Shown: positions 24,305 to 35,829 of the stretch, piece after piece
Numbering within the stretch: the first letter of the stretch is position 1
How the letters are laid out: every line of letters starts with the position of its first letter
Assembly (NCBI GenBank): GCA_965112155.1
Contig: OZ218100.1
Origin: Podarcis liolepis
Taxonomy: Eukaryota
DNA length: 63,830 nt
Direction: 5' to 3' (one strand)
Position numbers and translations under genes: made by a program
Notes under the pieces: generated by a model
The model's database searches: none
What the model was told of the DNA's origin: nothing
Seen by the model: only the letters and a program-made list of their open reading frames with translations

Positions 24305-25622
24305 CAGTGGTGCCCCGCAAGACGAATGCCTCGCAAGACGAAAAACTCGCTAGACGAAAGGGTTTTTCGGTTTTGTGTTGCTTTGCTAGACGAATTTCCC
24401 TATGGGCTTGCTTCGCAAGACGAAAACGTCTTGCGTTTTTCTTAAAGCCACTTGAAGAGGCACAGTTGCGACGGACCGTGCTTCGCAAGACGAAAAACAT
24501 CGCAAGACATGGCTGACTGACCATGGCTGACTGACCGAACCCAAAGGGTGCTCATCAATGGTTCCTCTTCATCCTGGAGAAGAGTGACTAGTGGGGTGCC
24601 ACAGGGTTCTGTCTTGGGCCCGGTCTTATTCAACATCTTTATCAACGACTTGGATGATGGACTCAAGGGCATCCTGATCAAATTTGCAGATGACACCAAA
24701 CTGGGAGGGGTGGCTAACACCCCAGAGGACAGGATCAAACTTCAAAACGACCTTGACAGATTAGAGAACTGGGCAAAAACAAACAAGATGAATTTTAACA
24801 GGGAGAAATGTAAAGTATTGCACTTGGGCAAAAAAAATGAGAGGCACAAATACAAGATGGGTGACACCTGGCTTGAGAGCAGTACATGTGAAAAGGATCT
24901 AGGAGTCTTGGTTGACCAAAAACTTGACATGAGCCAACAGTGTGACGCGGCAGCTAAAAAAGCCAATGCAATTCTGGGCTGCATCAATAGGAGTATAGCA
25001 TCTAGATCAAGGGAAGTAATAGTGCCACTGTATTCTGCTCTGGTCAGACCACACCTGGAGTACTGTGTCCAGTTCTGGGCACCACAATTCAAGAAGGACA
25101 CTGACAAACTGGAACGTGTCCAGAGGAGGGCAACCAAAATGGTCAAAGGCCTGGAAACGATGCCTTATGAGGAACGGCTAAGGGAGCTGGGCATGTTTAG
25201 CCTGGAGAAGAGGAGGTTAAGGGGTGATATGATAGCCATGTTCAAATATATAAAAGGATGTCACATAGAGGAGGGAGAAAGGTTGTTTTCTGCTGCTCCA
25301 GAGAAGCGGACACGGAGCAATGGATCCAAACTACAAGAAAGAAGATTCCACCTAAACATTAGGAAGAACTTCCTGACAGTAAGAGCTGTTCGACAGTGGA
25401 ATTTGCTGCCAAGGAGTGTGGTGGAGTCTCCTACTTTGGAGGTCTTTAAGCAGAGGCTTGACAACCATATGTCAGGAGTGCTCTGATGGTGTTTCCTGCT
25501 TGGCAGGGGGTTGGACTCGATGGCCCTTGTGGTCTCTTCCAACTCTATGATTCTATGATTCTATGATTCTAAGACGAAAAGACTCGCGGAACAAATTATT
25601 TTTGTCTTGCGAGGCACCACTG
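24305..25622. mobile_element. Family A MITE split by a CR1 insertion (MITE parts 24305-24508 and 25571-25622)
   Basis: TA|CAGTGGTGCCCCGCAAGACG ... CTTGCGAGGCACCACTG|TA; the halves rejoin to match 42536-42831. Confidence 0.92.
24509..25570 (+). mobile_element. Young 5'-truncated CR1 LINE with uninterrupted RT C-terminal ORF (24548-25486)
   Basis: 312-aa stop-free frame [21 protein letters not shown]...[10 protein letters not shown]...[13 protein letters not shown]; CR1 3' UTR and (ATTCTATG)n tail; TSD AAGAC at 24504-24508 and 25571-25575. Confidence 0.97.
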
Positions 25623-26167
25623 TACTAATCAATTCTTGAATATATCAAACAGTAAATTATCCCCTTCTGTAGACCAGATGAAGGCTTGTAGCTGTGCTTA
25701 TGTTCTGTGTCTGTTCTACTAAATAATAATGCTGTTATTCAATGTAACATATGCTTTCCTGAAAGCTATTTTCATTAGTGGAAATGCTAAAACAACTAAC
25801 AGTTAAAATTGGCCTTGCAGTTTATCTTCTCATACTGTTCTGTATGTGTTTGTGCTACTCACCAGTTACATTAATATTCACATTTTAATTTCAAATGAGC
25901 TAAATATACCACTGCTTTCAAATATGTACTGATTTTTGTTCCACTCTTGCTATATTAATATTAATATTATGCTGTCTTCCATACCTTTTGCTTTACTTCT
26001 TGGCTATCTGATAATTGGGTTGGGAGAGTATATACCTGGGGTCATCTTGTTTAGCTTATCTGTGCAAGAGAAAGAGTGGCAAATAATAAGGGAATGCAGC
26101 AATAAAATAGTTTTGGGGGCGAATAGAAAGGAAGATTTAATCTTTGACCAATTTGAAACATATCCTA

Positions 26168-26428
26168 NNNNNNNNNNNNNNNNNNNNNNNNNNNNNNNNN
26201 NNNNNNNNNNNNNNNNNNNNNNNNNNNNNNNNNNNNNNNNNNNNNNNNNNNNNNNNNNNNNNNNNNNNNNNNNNNNNNNNNNNNNNNNNNNNNNNNNNNN
26301 NNNNNNNNNNNNNNNNNNNNNNNNNNNNNNNNNNNNNNNNNNNNNNNNNNNNNNNNNNNNNNNNNNNNNNNNNNNNNNNNNNNNNNNNNNNNNNNNNNNN
26401 NNNNNNNNNNNNNNNNNNNNNNNNNNNN
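26168..26428. other. Assembly gap
   Basis: Run of N. Confidence 1.
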
Positions 26429-28048
26429 TCTGCAGGCACAAAGATAACAGCTAGGTATTTCACTTTAAGTATGAGGAAAAACAGTGACTCGTCTTTGCCG
26501 CTATAGCACTGACATTTATTACTACCCTCTGATTTGTTTTATACTACTGATGTGAATTTGTTTTCATGCGCTTTATATCTCTTCTCTCCCCCCCCTCCCC
26601 TAACTTCGGACTACTATCTGGAAACAATGAAGGAAAAACAAATAAACTAAAATCAACTTTCATGTTATTACGCAGATAGCAGCAACTTCACTGCTCCCTG
26701 CCTGCCCTTTAAGGATTCTTGCCTGATTTATGCTGCTCACACATTCTGAACTTGTACAGATGAGAGACTGTCTTTTGTTTATTCTTTTACCCTTTGTCTA
26801 TTACTTATTCATGTGGTTTTTCGTGAAGCTCCTTTATCAGATCCCTTTAAAATACACAATACTTAGACCACATTCAGTCGCTGTAATAGTCCCTGACTTG
26901 CGTTTCACCTATATTTATAGTTAATATAATTACTGTATCAGTAGTTCACAAAAACATGGTTTGGATATACAGTAAAATTGTAATAAATTGTAGTTAACAA
27001 CTACACACATGTAGGAAAAAAGGGTTTATGAAAACATTAGATGGCATCTCCCGTATCTCTCTCTCTCTGGAGGCAGAGAGAGAATTTCTATATGTATACA
27101 GCAAATCTGCAATCAGTAGAATGTATAATTGTAATTTTGATCTAAGTCCTATTATCACGATGCATGACAACTGGATTTTCTTTTTAAATCATAATTACAA
27201 TATTAAATATCATAATGTGCTTACTGTTTTATAAAAATGTATTGGCCTTTCCAGTTTAGCAGTCGCAACATGATCCCATGGGTGTTTACTGAAAAGTTTG
27301 TCTCACTGTATTCTAAAGGACATATGTTGGAGGAGGTGTGCATAGGACTTCAGTCTTAGATTTTCCTTAATGGAAATTTCAGATTAGAAAAGCTGGATGA
27401 TGCCCAAAAACAAATGTTCATAGCAACCATTGGGTCAAAACCATGGAATTACTTTAGAATTACAAAGACATTATACCAGCACTGCAAAGAACAAGTTTCC
27501 AACAAATATTTGGCATTTTAAATAGCTTGTCAATCTGCAATGCTTTTCCACATTTATGATACAGCTCACTTCTTCTATAATTTTTCGTCATGGTTTCTCC
27601 AGTGACTATTATTAGCAGAGTTCTTTTTTCTATAATAAATCAATCCAGATAGGGAATTCAGCCCAAACGAAGTCAATGCCTGATTCATAAACTGACATAT
27701 ATAAGTGTTGTGCTTATTGCTATATCCATTCCATAAACCTGGAGCATCTAACTATTAGCATAAGGTTAATCCAGTGAAGGATGAGTAGAATTTTGTTTGT
27801 GTTGTGAGACTTTCCTGTCTTCCTCCGGCCTACTGCAGCCCTCTTTGTAATTGTCCCTCCTCCATCTTGAGGGTCAGAGACTGAAATGGTGTGGTTTAGG
27901 GATGTGACGTATTACAATGAGAAGGAGAAAATGGTGTAAACTGGGGCAATTTCCACTTACGTAAGTCACCTTTGAATGTTTTCCATAATGGTGCAGTATC
28001 AGGATGGTACCATATGTTCAGCTGTTAATGTCCAATCTGAAACCTTCT

Positions 28049-28296
28049 GTGTGGTGTAGTGGTTAAGAGCGGTAGTCACGTAATCTGGGAAACCGGGTTC
28101 GCGTCTCCGCTCCTCCACCTGCAGCTGCTGGGTGACCTTGGGCCAGTCACACTTCTGTGAAGTCTCTCAGCCCCACTCACCTCACAGAGTGTTTGTTGTG
28201 GGGGAGGAAGGGAAAGGAGAATGTTAGCCGCTTTGAGACTCCTGAAGGGGAGTGAAAGGCGGGATATCAAATCCAAACTCTTCTTCTTCTTCTTCT
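28049..28296 (+). mobile_element. Squam3-type tRNA-derived SINE with (CTT)n tail
   Basis: A box GTGGTGTAGTGG, B-box-like GGTTCGCGTCTCC, body gctgggtgaccttgggccagtcac..ctctcagccccactcacctcacag, tail ctcttcttcttc; possible TSD CTTCTGT (28044-28050 / 28292-28298). Confidence 0.88.
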
Positions 28297-28331
28297 GTTT
28301 ATATATTAGTTGTTAAAATATTTATATCTCA

Positions 28332-28334
<3 letters not shown>

Positions 28335-28403
<69 letters not shown>
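28335..28403. repeat. (AC)15 directly abutting (GT)19: palindromic microsatellite
   Basis: Directly visible; centre ACGT. Confidence 0.95.
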
Positions 28404-28404
<1 letters not shown>

Positions 28405-28869
28405 TGAATGTAGCTGGAGATGTTTATGGAATGGAGAGTTCTATGATGCTTTGATTCTACAGTTCCCTATTAGAAATTCCAAACTGGGAACGAAACCATC
28501 CACATAGAATGATACATTTATCCACTTAAACTTGACTTCTGGCATTGGCTTAGCCTTAGAAAGAGTTTTTATGAAATAGAATCACACTGTAGCAGAGCAT
28601 TTGGATCCATGTGTTTGTGAAACAGCGACTGTCCCGTGGCTTTCCGAGGTCTTTGCCAATACGAGGGATACAAAACAGGTTATGCTTGTGGAATGAAATT
28701 AACAGAGTTGGGAGGAACCAATAGATCCAGCTTTCATAGATTAGTTTGTATACTTCAGACCCTAGAATAGGCAGAAAGCAGATGCAATGGAGAAATTGGG
28801 CTCACAGAAAAAATAGCTTTAAATGCAAGCAAGACTTATTCTGCAATGAAGGCTTAACTTGTGAAATAG

Positions 28870-29055
28870 CAGGTGTTTCCAAACTGTGGTCAGAACCATT
28901 GTTCTGCGAGCTGCACTCAGGTGGTCCTTAGGCCATTTGTAAAAAATCATACATCATGTACAGTATAGTTTCTACCACAGACAGAAAAAAGTGGTCTGCT
29001 AAGATACCCAGCAATTTTCTAGTGTGCACGGAGCAAAAAAGTTTAGGAGCCCCTG
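28870..29055. mobile_element. Old hAT (Charlie-like) MITE
   Basis: CAGGTGTTTCCAAACT ... AGTTTAGGAGCCCCTG imperfect TIRs; TSD degenerate. Confidence 0.6.
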
Positions 29056-29567
29056 TAATAAAGGATCTTTCTGGAGGAGGCAGAGAAAAAACTAATCAGT
29101 TCAGAACATAAACCTCATTTGGACTGCAATCCCAAACTCATTTCCTGAAGAGAATGGGTCTTGTTTCCGTGTAAACAGTGCACTGTTTCTGTTTTAAGAT
29201 TAGTATGGCAGGTATTATGAATACACTAAAAATATTTAACTTCTTTTTCCTTCCCTAAATATTTCAACAAATCAGTAGTAGTTTTGATTGGTTAAATTGT
29301 TTCTCTGGGTTTTGTTAAGAGACACAATTACTTGTACTGTGTACTTTCCTAATCCTTCTTTAGCAGTAGTGCAACTCTCCAGCACTACCCGTTTAATTAA
29401 GTCTGAATTTCTTATATTATTTTGGTGTGCTGATTACAGGCAGAGACTTAGTGGAAGTCATTTTGGTATCCCAAGAGAATTCTGTGTTAACAATGCATAC
29501 AGCTTCCCCCCACCCTTTTCTCCTCCTTCCTGAACCCTAGATAAGCAGCAGGCCCCAGCTAGATTTC

Positions 29568-29787
29568 NNNNNNNNNNNNNNNNNNNNNNNNNNNNNNNNN
29601 NNNNNNNNNNNNNNNNNNNNNNNNNNNNNNNNNNNNNNNNNNNNNNNNNNNNNNNNNNNNNNNNNNNNNNNNNNNNNNNNNNNNNNNNNNNNNNNNNNNN
29701 NNNNNNNNNNNNNNNNNNNNNNNNNNNNNNNNNNNNNNNNNNNNNNNNNNNNNNNNNNNNNNNNNNNNNNNNNNNNNNNNNNNNNNN
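29568..29787. other. Assembly gap
   Basis: Run of N. Confidence 1.
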
Positions 29788-30255
29788 AAGAAAGGGATAA
29801 TAGCTGAAAATATGGAAGACGTTTGAGAATTGTAGCAGTTGAGGGATAAAAACAGAGGAAGGGTCCCCCCCTGCTTTTAAATGTAATCTATTTTTTAAAA
29901 TAAGTTAGGAGTTGGAGACGAATGTTTCACAATTAGAAACATTAAAGGAGCAGGGCTTAGGAAAGTCTTTATGAAAAAAATCCAGCAGTTTAAAAATTAG
30001 ATCAAATAAGGTGCATTCTGATGGCACTGTAATACATATTGGCTGATTTAGAATCCTACTTGATCATCTTCCCTGTGCATGAAGTTTGTAGTGACTGGAC
30101 ACACAGTGAAGCCAGATGTATTGTTTCCACATGAATTCAGATATGCTGTGAGGTTCTAGACAGCTATCACAAAGCATAATGTCAGGTAAGGAGGCCCTAC
30201 CAATAGTTAGCTTGAAGCAACTGCCTCAGGCAACAGGTGCAAAGAGCAACACCAC

Positions 30256-30440
30256 AGGAACATAAGAAACTGCTTTATGCTGAGTATTCTAGAGCCTAGA
30301 ATACCCTAGGCAGAAAGCAGGTGCACTGGAGAAATTGATCCATCTAGCTCAGTATCAGCTTCACTGACTGGTAGAGATTGAACCTGGAACCTTCTGCATG
30401 CAGATTAGATACCCCACCGCCAAACTAGAGCCCTTCCCCA
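30256..30440 (-). mobile_element. Old tRNA-derived SINE, internally deleted, carrying a templated insert
   Basis: Reverse strand head ggggaagggctctag...tgcatgcagaaggttccaggttcaatc and tail ..actgagctagatgga...gtttcttatgttcct; related copies at 35308-35496 (+) and 41524-41693 (-). Confidence 0.65.
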
Positions 30441-30561
30441 AGTGTTAAGAGAGCACAGCTATGTGTGCTACATAGGCCGTCTGGCATTCTCAGTTGTAGT
30501 GTGGGATGCTACTCCACTACCTATAACAAAGTAAGGTTAAGCTTCTTAGGAGGCAGGGATA

Positions 30562-30803
30562 CAGTGGTACCTCAGGTTACATACGCTTCAGGTTACATAT
30601 GCTTCAGGTTACAGACTCCGCTAACACAGAAATAGTGCTTCAGGTTAAGAACTTTGCTTCAGGATGAGAACAGAAATCGTGCTCCAGCGGTGCAGCGGCA
30701 GCAGGAGGCCCCATTAGCTAAAATGGTGCTTCAGGTTAAGAACAGTTTCAGGTTAAGAACGGACCTCCAGAACGAATTAAGTACTTAACCTGAGGTACCA
30801 CTG
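30562..30803. mobile_element. pogo/Tigger-like MITE, family B (CAGGTTA motif)
   Basis: TA|CAGTGGTACCTCAGGTTAC ... TTAACCTGAGGTACCACTG|TA. Confidence 0.93.
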
Positions 30804-31048
30804 TATATCAAAACTCATGTTAGCCGTTCAAAAGAATAGGCAGATGAAAATAGACTGTTGTTATTTTTTTAACTGTTTCCATTTCCAGGCAGAGCTGCAC
30901 ACTCGTCAATCTCAACTGTGGCAATAATAATATTAATAATAAATTTAGAGTTCACTGTAAGGTAACAGGGCAGATTATCATTTAAAAATATAATATTAAA
31001 AGCAATTGAAATGTATTACAGTCAAGAGCATAGGTTATGTCTAATAGG

Positions 31049-31620
31049 TGTCATGGACTGGCTGAATGCAGAGGAGTGGTGGGAGGAACCAGTTGGGGAA
31101 TCCCCAAGAGAACCCCCGAAGGAAGAAACCTCATGGAATTGGCAGTGGGACGACGATGTGTGGTCAGAGGGAGAAGAAAGAGCAGACTGGGAGGAGGGGG
31201 TATTGGAAGCTGAAGAGGTAACAGGTTTTAGTGAGCAGGAAGAGGCACTGGCAGAGGGCAGTCCAGAATTGGAGGTAGAAGTGCAGGCTGGAGAGGAGGC
31301 AAGCTGCTGAAGAAGCCAGGGGGGTCTCTCCCTCCTGCTGTGACCAGCTGCCCTCTCCCCTAGTCTCCCAGAACACAGAGAGGAATGAAAAGAGTGGAGC
31401 AAAGAGAGACAAGACAAAGAAGCCTCAGCTTCTGGGGAGGAGTCTTAGAGAGAGGCAGGAATGCGGGAACCTTCAGTCCTCACTACTTCCTCCTTGGGGC
31501 AAGTTCTTCTGGAAAGAGTTGCTGTGATCACTACGCCTGAGCTGTTTTGGTTTCTTTGAATCAAGAGCTAGCTTCTCTGACACTGACCAGGTGTCAAAGG
31601 TGAATGAAAACGACACAACA
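31049..31620. mobile_element. Candidate solo LTR (TG...CA), purine-rich with an acidic ORF-like stretch
   Basis: Starts TGTCATGG and ends ACAACA; flanks TAGG / AAGG (3/4 match, 4-bp TSD candidate); sharp compositional shift from AT-rich flank. Confidence 0.45.
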
Positions 31621-31819
31621 AAGGTGCCAGATGCACCTCTGTGGGGAGAAAATTCCAGGACTTCCAGAACTGCCACAGAGAATATAGTATATTGGGCTGC
31701 CCCCATGACTGTGTGAGGACTATGGAACTGCCAAAGGGGCTCCCTATGCTGATCCTGAGAAGCTCTATAGGGAAGGAGGCACTTTTTCAGATACTTGGAG
31801 CCTAGAAAGAGGCAAGATG

Positions 31820-32058
31820 GTTTGAGCATATTACGCTGATCCTGCCCCAACTGCACTGACTGCCAGTTACCTTCTGGGCCCACTTCAAAGTGCTGGTTTT
31901 GACATATAAAGCCTTAAATACCTTAATACCTCAAGGACCCCCTCTCCCCATATAAACCTTTCCAGGCTCTCCAATCATCATTCCTCATGTAACTCCTCTA
32001 GGAGAGGCTCCTCCCAGATAAACATTTCTCTTCAACAAGGCCTTGGGCTGATTAAACA
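31820..32058 (+). mobile_element. L2 LINE ORF2 C-terminal fragment
   Basis: FEHITLILPQLH*LPVTFWAHFKVLVLTYKALN resembles the L2 HITPVL..LHWLPV..R..FK.L..TYKAL motif. Confidence 0.8.
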
Positions 32059-32060
32059 TA

Positions 32061-32372
32061 CAGTGGTGCCCCGCAAGACGAATGCCTCGCAAGACGGAAA
32101 ACTCGCTAGACGAAAGAGTTTTCCGTTTTGGAGGTGCTTCGCAAAACGAATCTCCTATGGGCTTGCTTCGCAAGATGAAAATGTCTTGCGAGTTCCTGCG
32201 GGGTTTTTTCCCTTTCCCCCCCTTTTTCTAAGCCGCTAAGCCACTTATCCGCTAAGCCACTAAAAGCCGCTAATAGCGCTAATCCGTCAATGGGCTTGCT
32301 TCGCAAGACGAAAAAACCGCTAGACGAAGAGACTCACAGAACAGATTCTTTTCGTCTTGCGAGGCACCACTG
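32061..32372. mobile_element. Family A MITE
   Basis: TA|CAGTGGTGCCCCGCAAGACG ... CTTGCGAGGCACCACTG|TA; internal AGCCGCTA repeats. Confidence 0.93.
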
Positions 32373-32384
32373 TATGCATTTTGT

Positions 32385-32386
<2 letters not shown>

Positions 32387-32425
<39 letters not shown>
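32387..32425. repeat. (TC)n microsatellite
   Basis: Directly visible. Confidence 0.95.
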
Positions 32426-32429
<4 letters not shown>

Positions 32430-32800
32430 TCTTAGCCCAAGTTTCAGACCCATGTAGCTGTGGCCATTAAAAATATTAGAACAGGTGGAGCCAATATGGT
32501 ACCCTCCATCAGTTGGACATCAGTTTTCATCAGTGGTCATGGATGATAGGAAGTTTACTTCAGCAACATCTGATAAATGCCATGTTGGCTGCCTCTATAT
32601 TAAAAAAGACACATGCTATCTGATCCTTCCTTTTGACTGAGACACCTTTGGACATATGAAGTGATATATAAATATAATAAACTGCACCAAACCTGTAGTG
32701 TACCTGTAGCTATATGGATGATGAAATGTATGACTCCTGATTCACCAGCCCAATCCACTAGGCAGTGCTCTGTGAACTTAGTCTCTCTTGCTACTAAGTA

Positions 32801-33031
32801 CAGTGGAACTTCAGGTTGTGAATGTGATCCGTGCGGGAGGCACATTTGCAACCCGCAGTGTTCACAACCCACAGCGCCGCGTCTGCGCACGCGTGGGTTG
32901 CAATTCAGCGCTTCTGCGTATGTGCAAAGCACCAAAACCCGGAAGTAACCCGTTCCGGTACTTCCGGGTTCGGTGCAGTGCGCAACTTGAAAACACATAA
33001 CCTGAAGCATCTGTAACCCAAGGTACCACTG
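32801..33031. mobile_element. Family C MITE
   Basis: TA|CAGTGGAACTTCAGGTTG ... AACCCAAGGTACCACTG|TA; homologous to 2161-2406. Confidence 0.88.
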
Positions 33032-35307
33032 TACTCTTGGCAGTGTGCTTTCCAGACCATGAATGGGATTCATATCTGAGGGTGGCAAATTAAGTCAGGT
33101 ACCTGGAAGGGAAGCAAAATGCAGAACCAAATAGTGGGAGGATAGTTAAACAAGTCACCTTTTCAAACCAGCCATTCTTATCTTCAGTAGATTTTCTCAT
33201 ACAAATGTATCTGACTGCAACCTGCCAGCTCAAATTTGGCCAAAGTCATATTGTAAACAGATGCAAGCATATGCCTCTGCTTGCAAGAAAATTAAATTCT
33301 GTTACTGTTTGGATGGAGAAGATGTCGCAGCAATTCACTTATTTTCAAATTGACTGTATTGTAATGGGATAGCCATCTGTCCTGCCTGCAAACTGCTCAG
33401 TTTAAATGTGTTTGCCCGTGTGAATGTTGGCTCGCTGTCTTGATTGAGATGAAAAAGTTTGAGAGTAGAAGAAACTGATTTCAACTGGAAGAAAGAGAGC
33501 AAGCAAGCAAGCAGAGGCAGTGAGTCTGATGGCTCTGCTTCTTTTTCTTTTTCTCAGCTAAACTTCCTGGTTTAGTTTTAATCCATTTCAAATGCTTTGC
33601 TCTAGCTTTGAAGACAGAACACTACCCCCTCAAGCTCCGACACTGAGTGGTGGCCGGTTTGTTTTCACAAGCTGAAAATTAAGTGTTCGCATGAGCTCAT
33701 TTACAGAGAGTGGAGTTGGCAGCATTATCAGGAGAGGAGAAAGGAGCCCTGAAGATGAAAAGCTATCGCAGTGACAGAAGTCTTTATTAGGTTGGGCAGT
33801 AATGGAATGTGGTGTACGCAGGATAAAGTGACGGCTACCTAGAGCATTTAGGGAAAACCAGAAGAGTAATCATGTTTTGTGTTGTTCCCAGTCTGGCTTC
33901 CTCAGTGATCCTATTGACCCTGGGGGTATATGGGATAAAAGGGGTGGGCTGCATATAAACGCATGCTAAGAAAAAGTAAAGTTGGCATTAAATAACCAGC
34001 TCTTTACTTGCTGTTTGAAGCACAGCACAGCACTGAAGCGACTGAGTTTAAAATAGAGAGGGGGAAACTAGGGTCACAGGCTTTCATCAGTTTAATCAGC
34101 AGATCTATCAATTAAGGGCACCATTTATTGGGATTTTTTCCTGCTTAGTTCTGTACCCTAAATGAGTATTATTATTATTTTTAAAAACAATACAGGAATG
34201 CAAACATCCTTCGTTCCAAGTAACACAACCATGTATGGAAAACATTTGTCTCACATCGAGTTCCCGCTCTGGCCACACAGGCAGGGGATGGAAGTAGTGG
34301 ATGTCTATTCTGCACAGGTTGGTTTCCAGCATGCCACCAAAACCAGATAAAATTGTTTATTTATGGTGACATGCTAAAAAACCAATGCATGCAGCGCTTA
34401 TCCCCCCTTCTCCATAGAAGTACACAAAGCTGAAGCACATCTTAGACAGAGTGTTTTATCAGCAGAAGCTCCATGCTGTTGAGGGTCATATACCTTACCC
34501 TTGTTCAGATATATGCAGCTCTTCACAGCTTTGGGATTGTGACCTGCAGTTGTAAACTCATGTCACTAAGTCTATATAACACATAGAGATTCATGTGCAT
34601 TTTAAACACTTTTGCATGAATAAATGCCAGCCATCTTGGGATCTTCAAAGAAAAGGCATGATATAAATTTAAATGATGTTAGTAATGCTCAGAATAGACC
34701 CATTTAAATTAATGAATATGACAATCTTGGGTCCTGATTTCTGTGGGTCAACATCAGGTAGAACATAGTTTGATAGAACCGTATATATAAAATCAGTATT
34801 TCCTATTTTTCAAATAAAAGGAACCTAGATTATATTACTTAGTAGTAGTAGTGGTTGTCAAAACTGCAGTAATCAGCAGAAAATGTGTTTCTAGCCAATT
34901 CTTAATGGCCCTTTTCAGATATAATATCATACTATTGTGTCCTGCTACATCAATGAGCTGTGATGAGCATCAGACTCACATGCCCCTCTGTCACAACAAC
35001 AAGGAGAAGTTTAGAAGCTTCTGCTTCTGTTAAACAAACCACAGCTTCCAGTTATGCCTAGATCAGGGAACTATGATTTGTTTTAACTCTAGCCAGGGAG
35101 CAAGATGATAAGCGTTGCTCAAACTGCAGCTTCAGATTGCAGCTTGTTCAGTAATTAGATGCAGAACAAATCACAATTCTCTAAGTTAAGATGTGCTGGG
35201 GAATTGTGGTTTGCTTAAAAGGGGATTTTTGTTTTTGAGAAGGGAGATCAGTCAATCTCATCAGAATCAGAGCAAATGGAAGGCTAACTATCACCATTAC
35301 AATACCT

Positions 35308-35496
35308 GAAGAGCCATAACGGTAAAGCACATGGTTTGCATGCAACATGTTCCAAGTTCAGTCCTTGGCATCTCAGGGAGGGCAGAGAAAAGACACTTGA
35401 CTGAAACTCTGGAGAGCCGTTGACCTTCAGTGTATGCAGAAATGAGGTATGTGGACCAATAGCCTGAGTTTGCATAAGGTAGCTTTCTGTGTGTCC
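35308..35496 (+). mobile_element. Old tRNA-derived SINE
   Basis: Head ..ggtaaagcacatggtttgcatgcaacatgttccaagttcagtcc, body ctgaaactctggagagcc, tail ggaccaatagcctgag..ataaggtagctttc. Confidence 0.6.
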
Positions 35497-35829
35497 AAGC
35501 CACATCTTATCAAGAACACCTGAGCCTTGTGCAGATGACCATAGCACATAGGCTGATTTGTGCAGATCAGAGCAAAACCATGCCTGTCCCTACCCTGATC
35601 TTCATGAACAAACCCTATGCACATGTAACTGCACACAACACATGGAAGAAAGCCTAAACGTTTACAATTTAAAATGCAGATAAGATCTATCAGCACATAA
35701 CCATCTATCTGCAGATAGTGGGGGTAGGTGGACATGATCTACTCACCCTGATTAACATGTTGGAGGGGGGCATGATGCAACTATTGTTTCCAGAATTGCA
35801 GGTAAGCATGGACATTTGGATAACTTATG

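Noticed and set aside
24548-25486. Domesticated or host reverse transcriptase gene
   Set aside because: 5'-truncated, no promoter or true start, has CR1 tail and TSD; an ordinary young insertion.
25936-26506. ORFs spanning poly-X (also at 58162-58605 and 62467-62849)
   Set aside because: Artefacts of N gaps.
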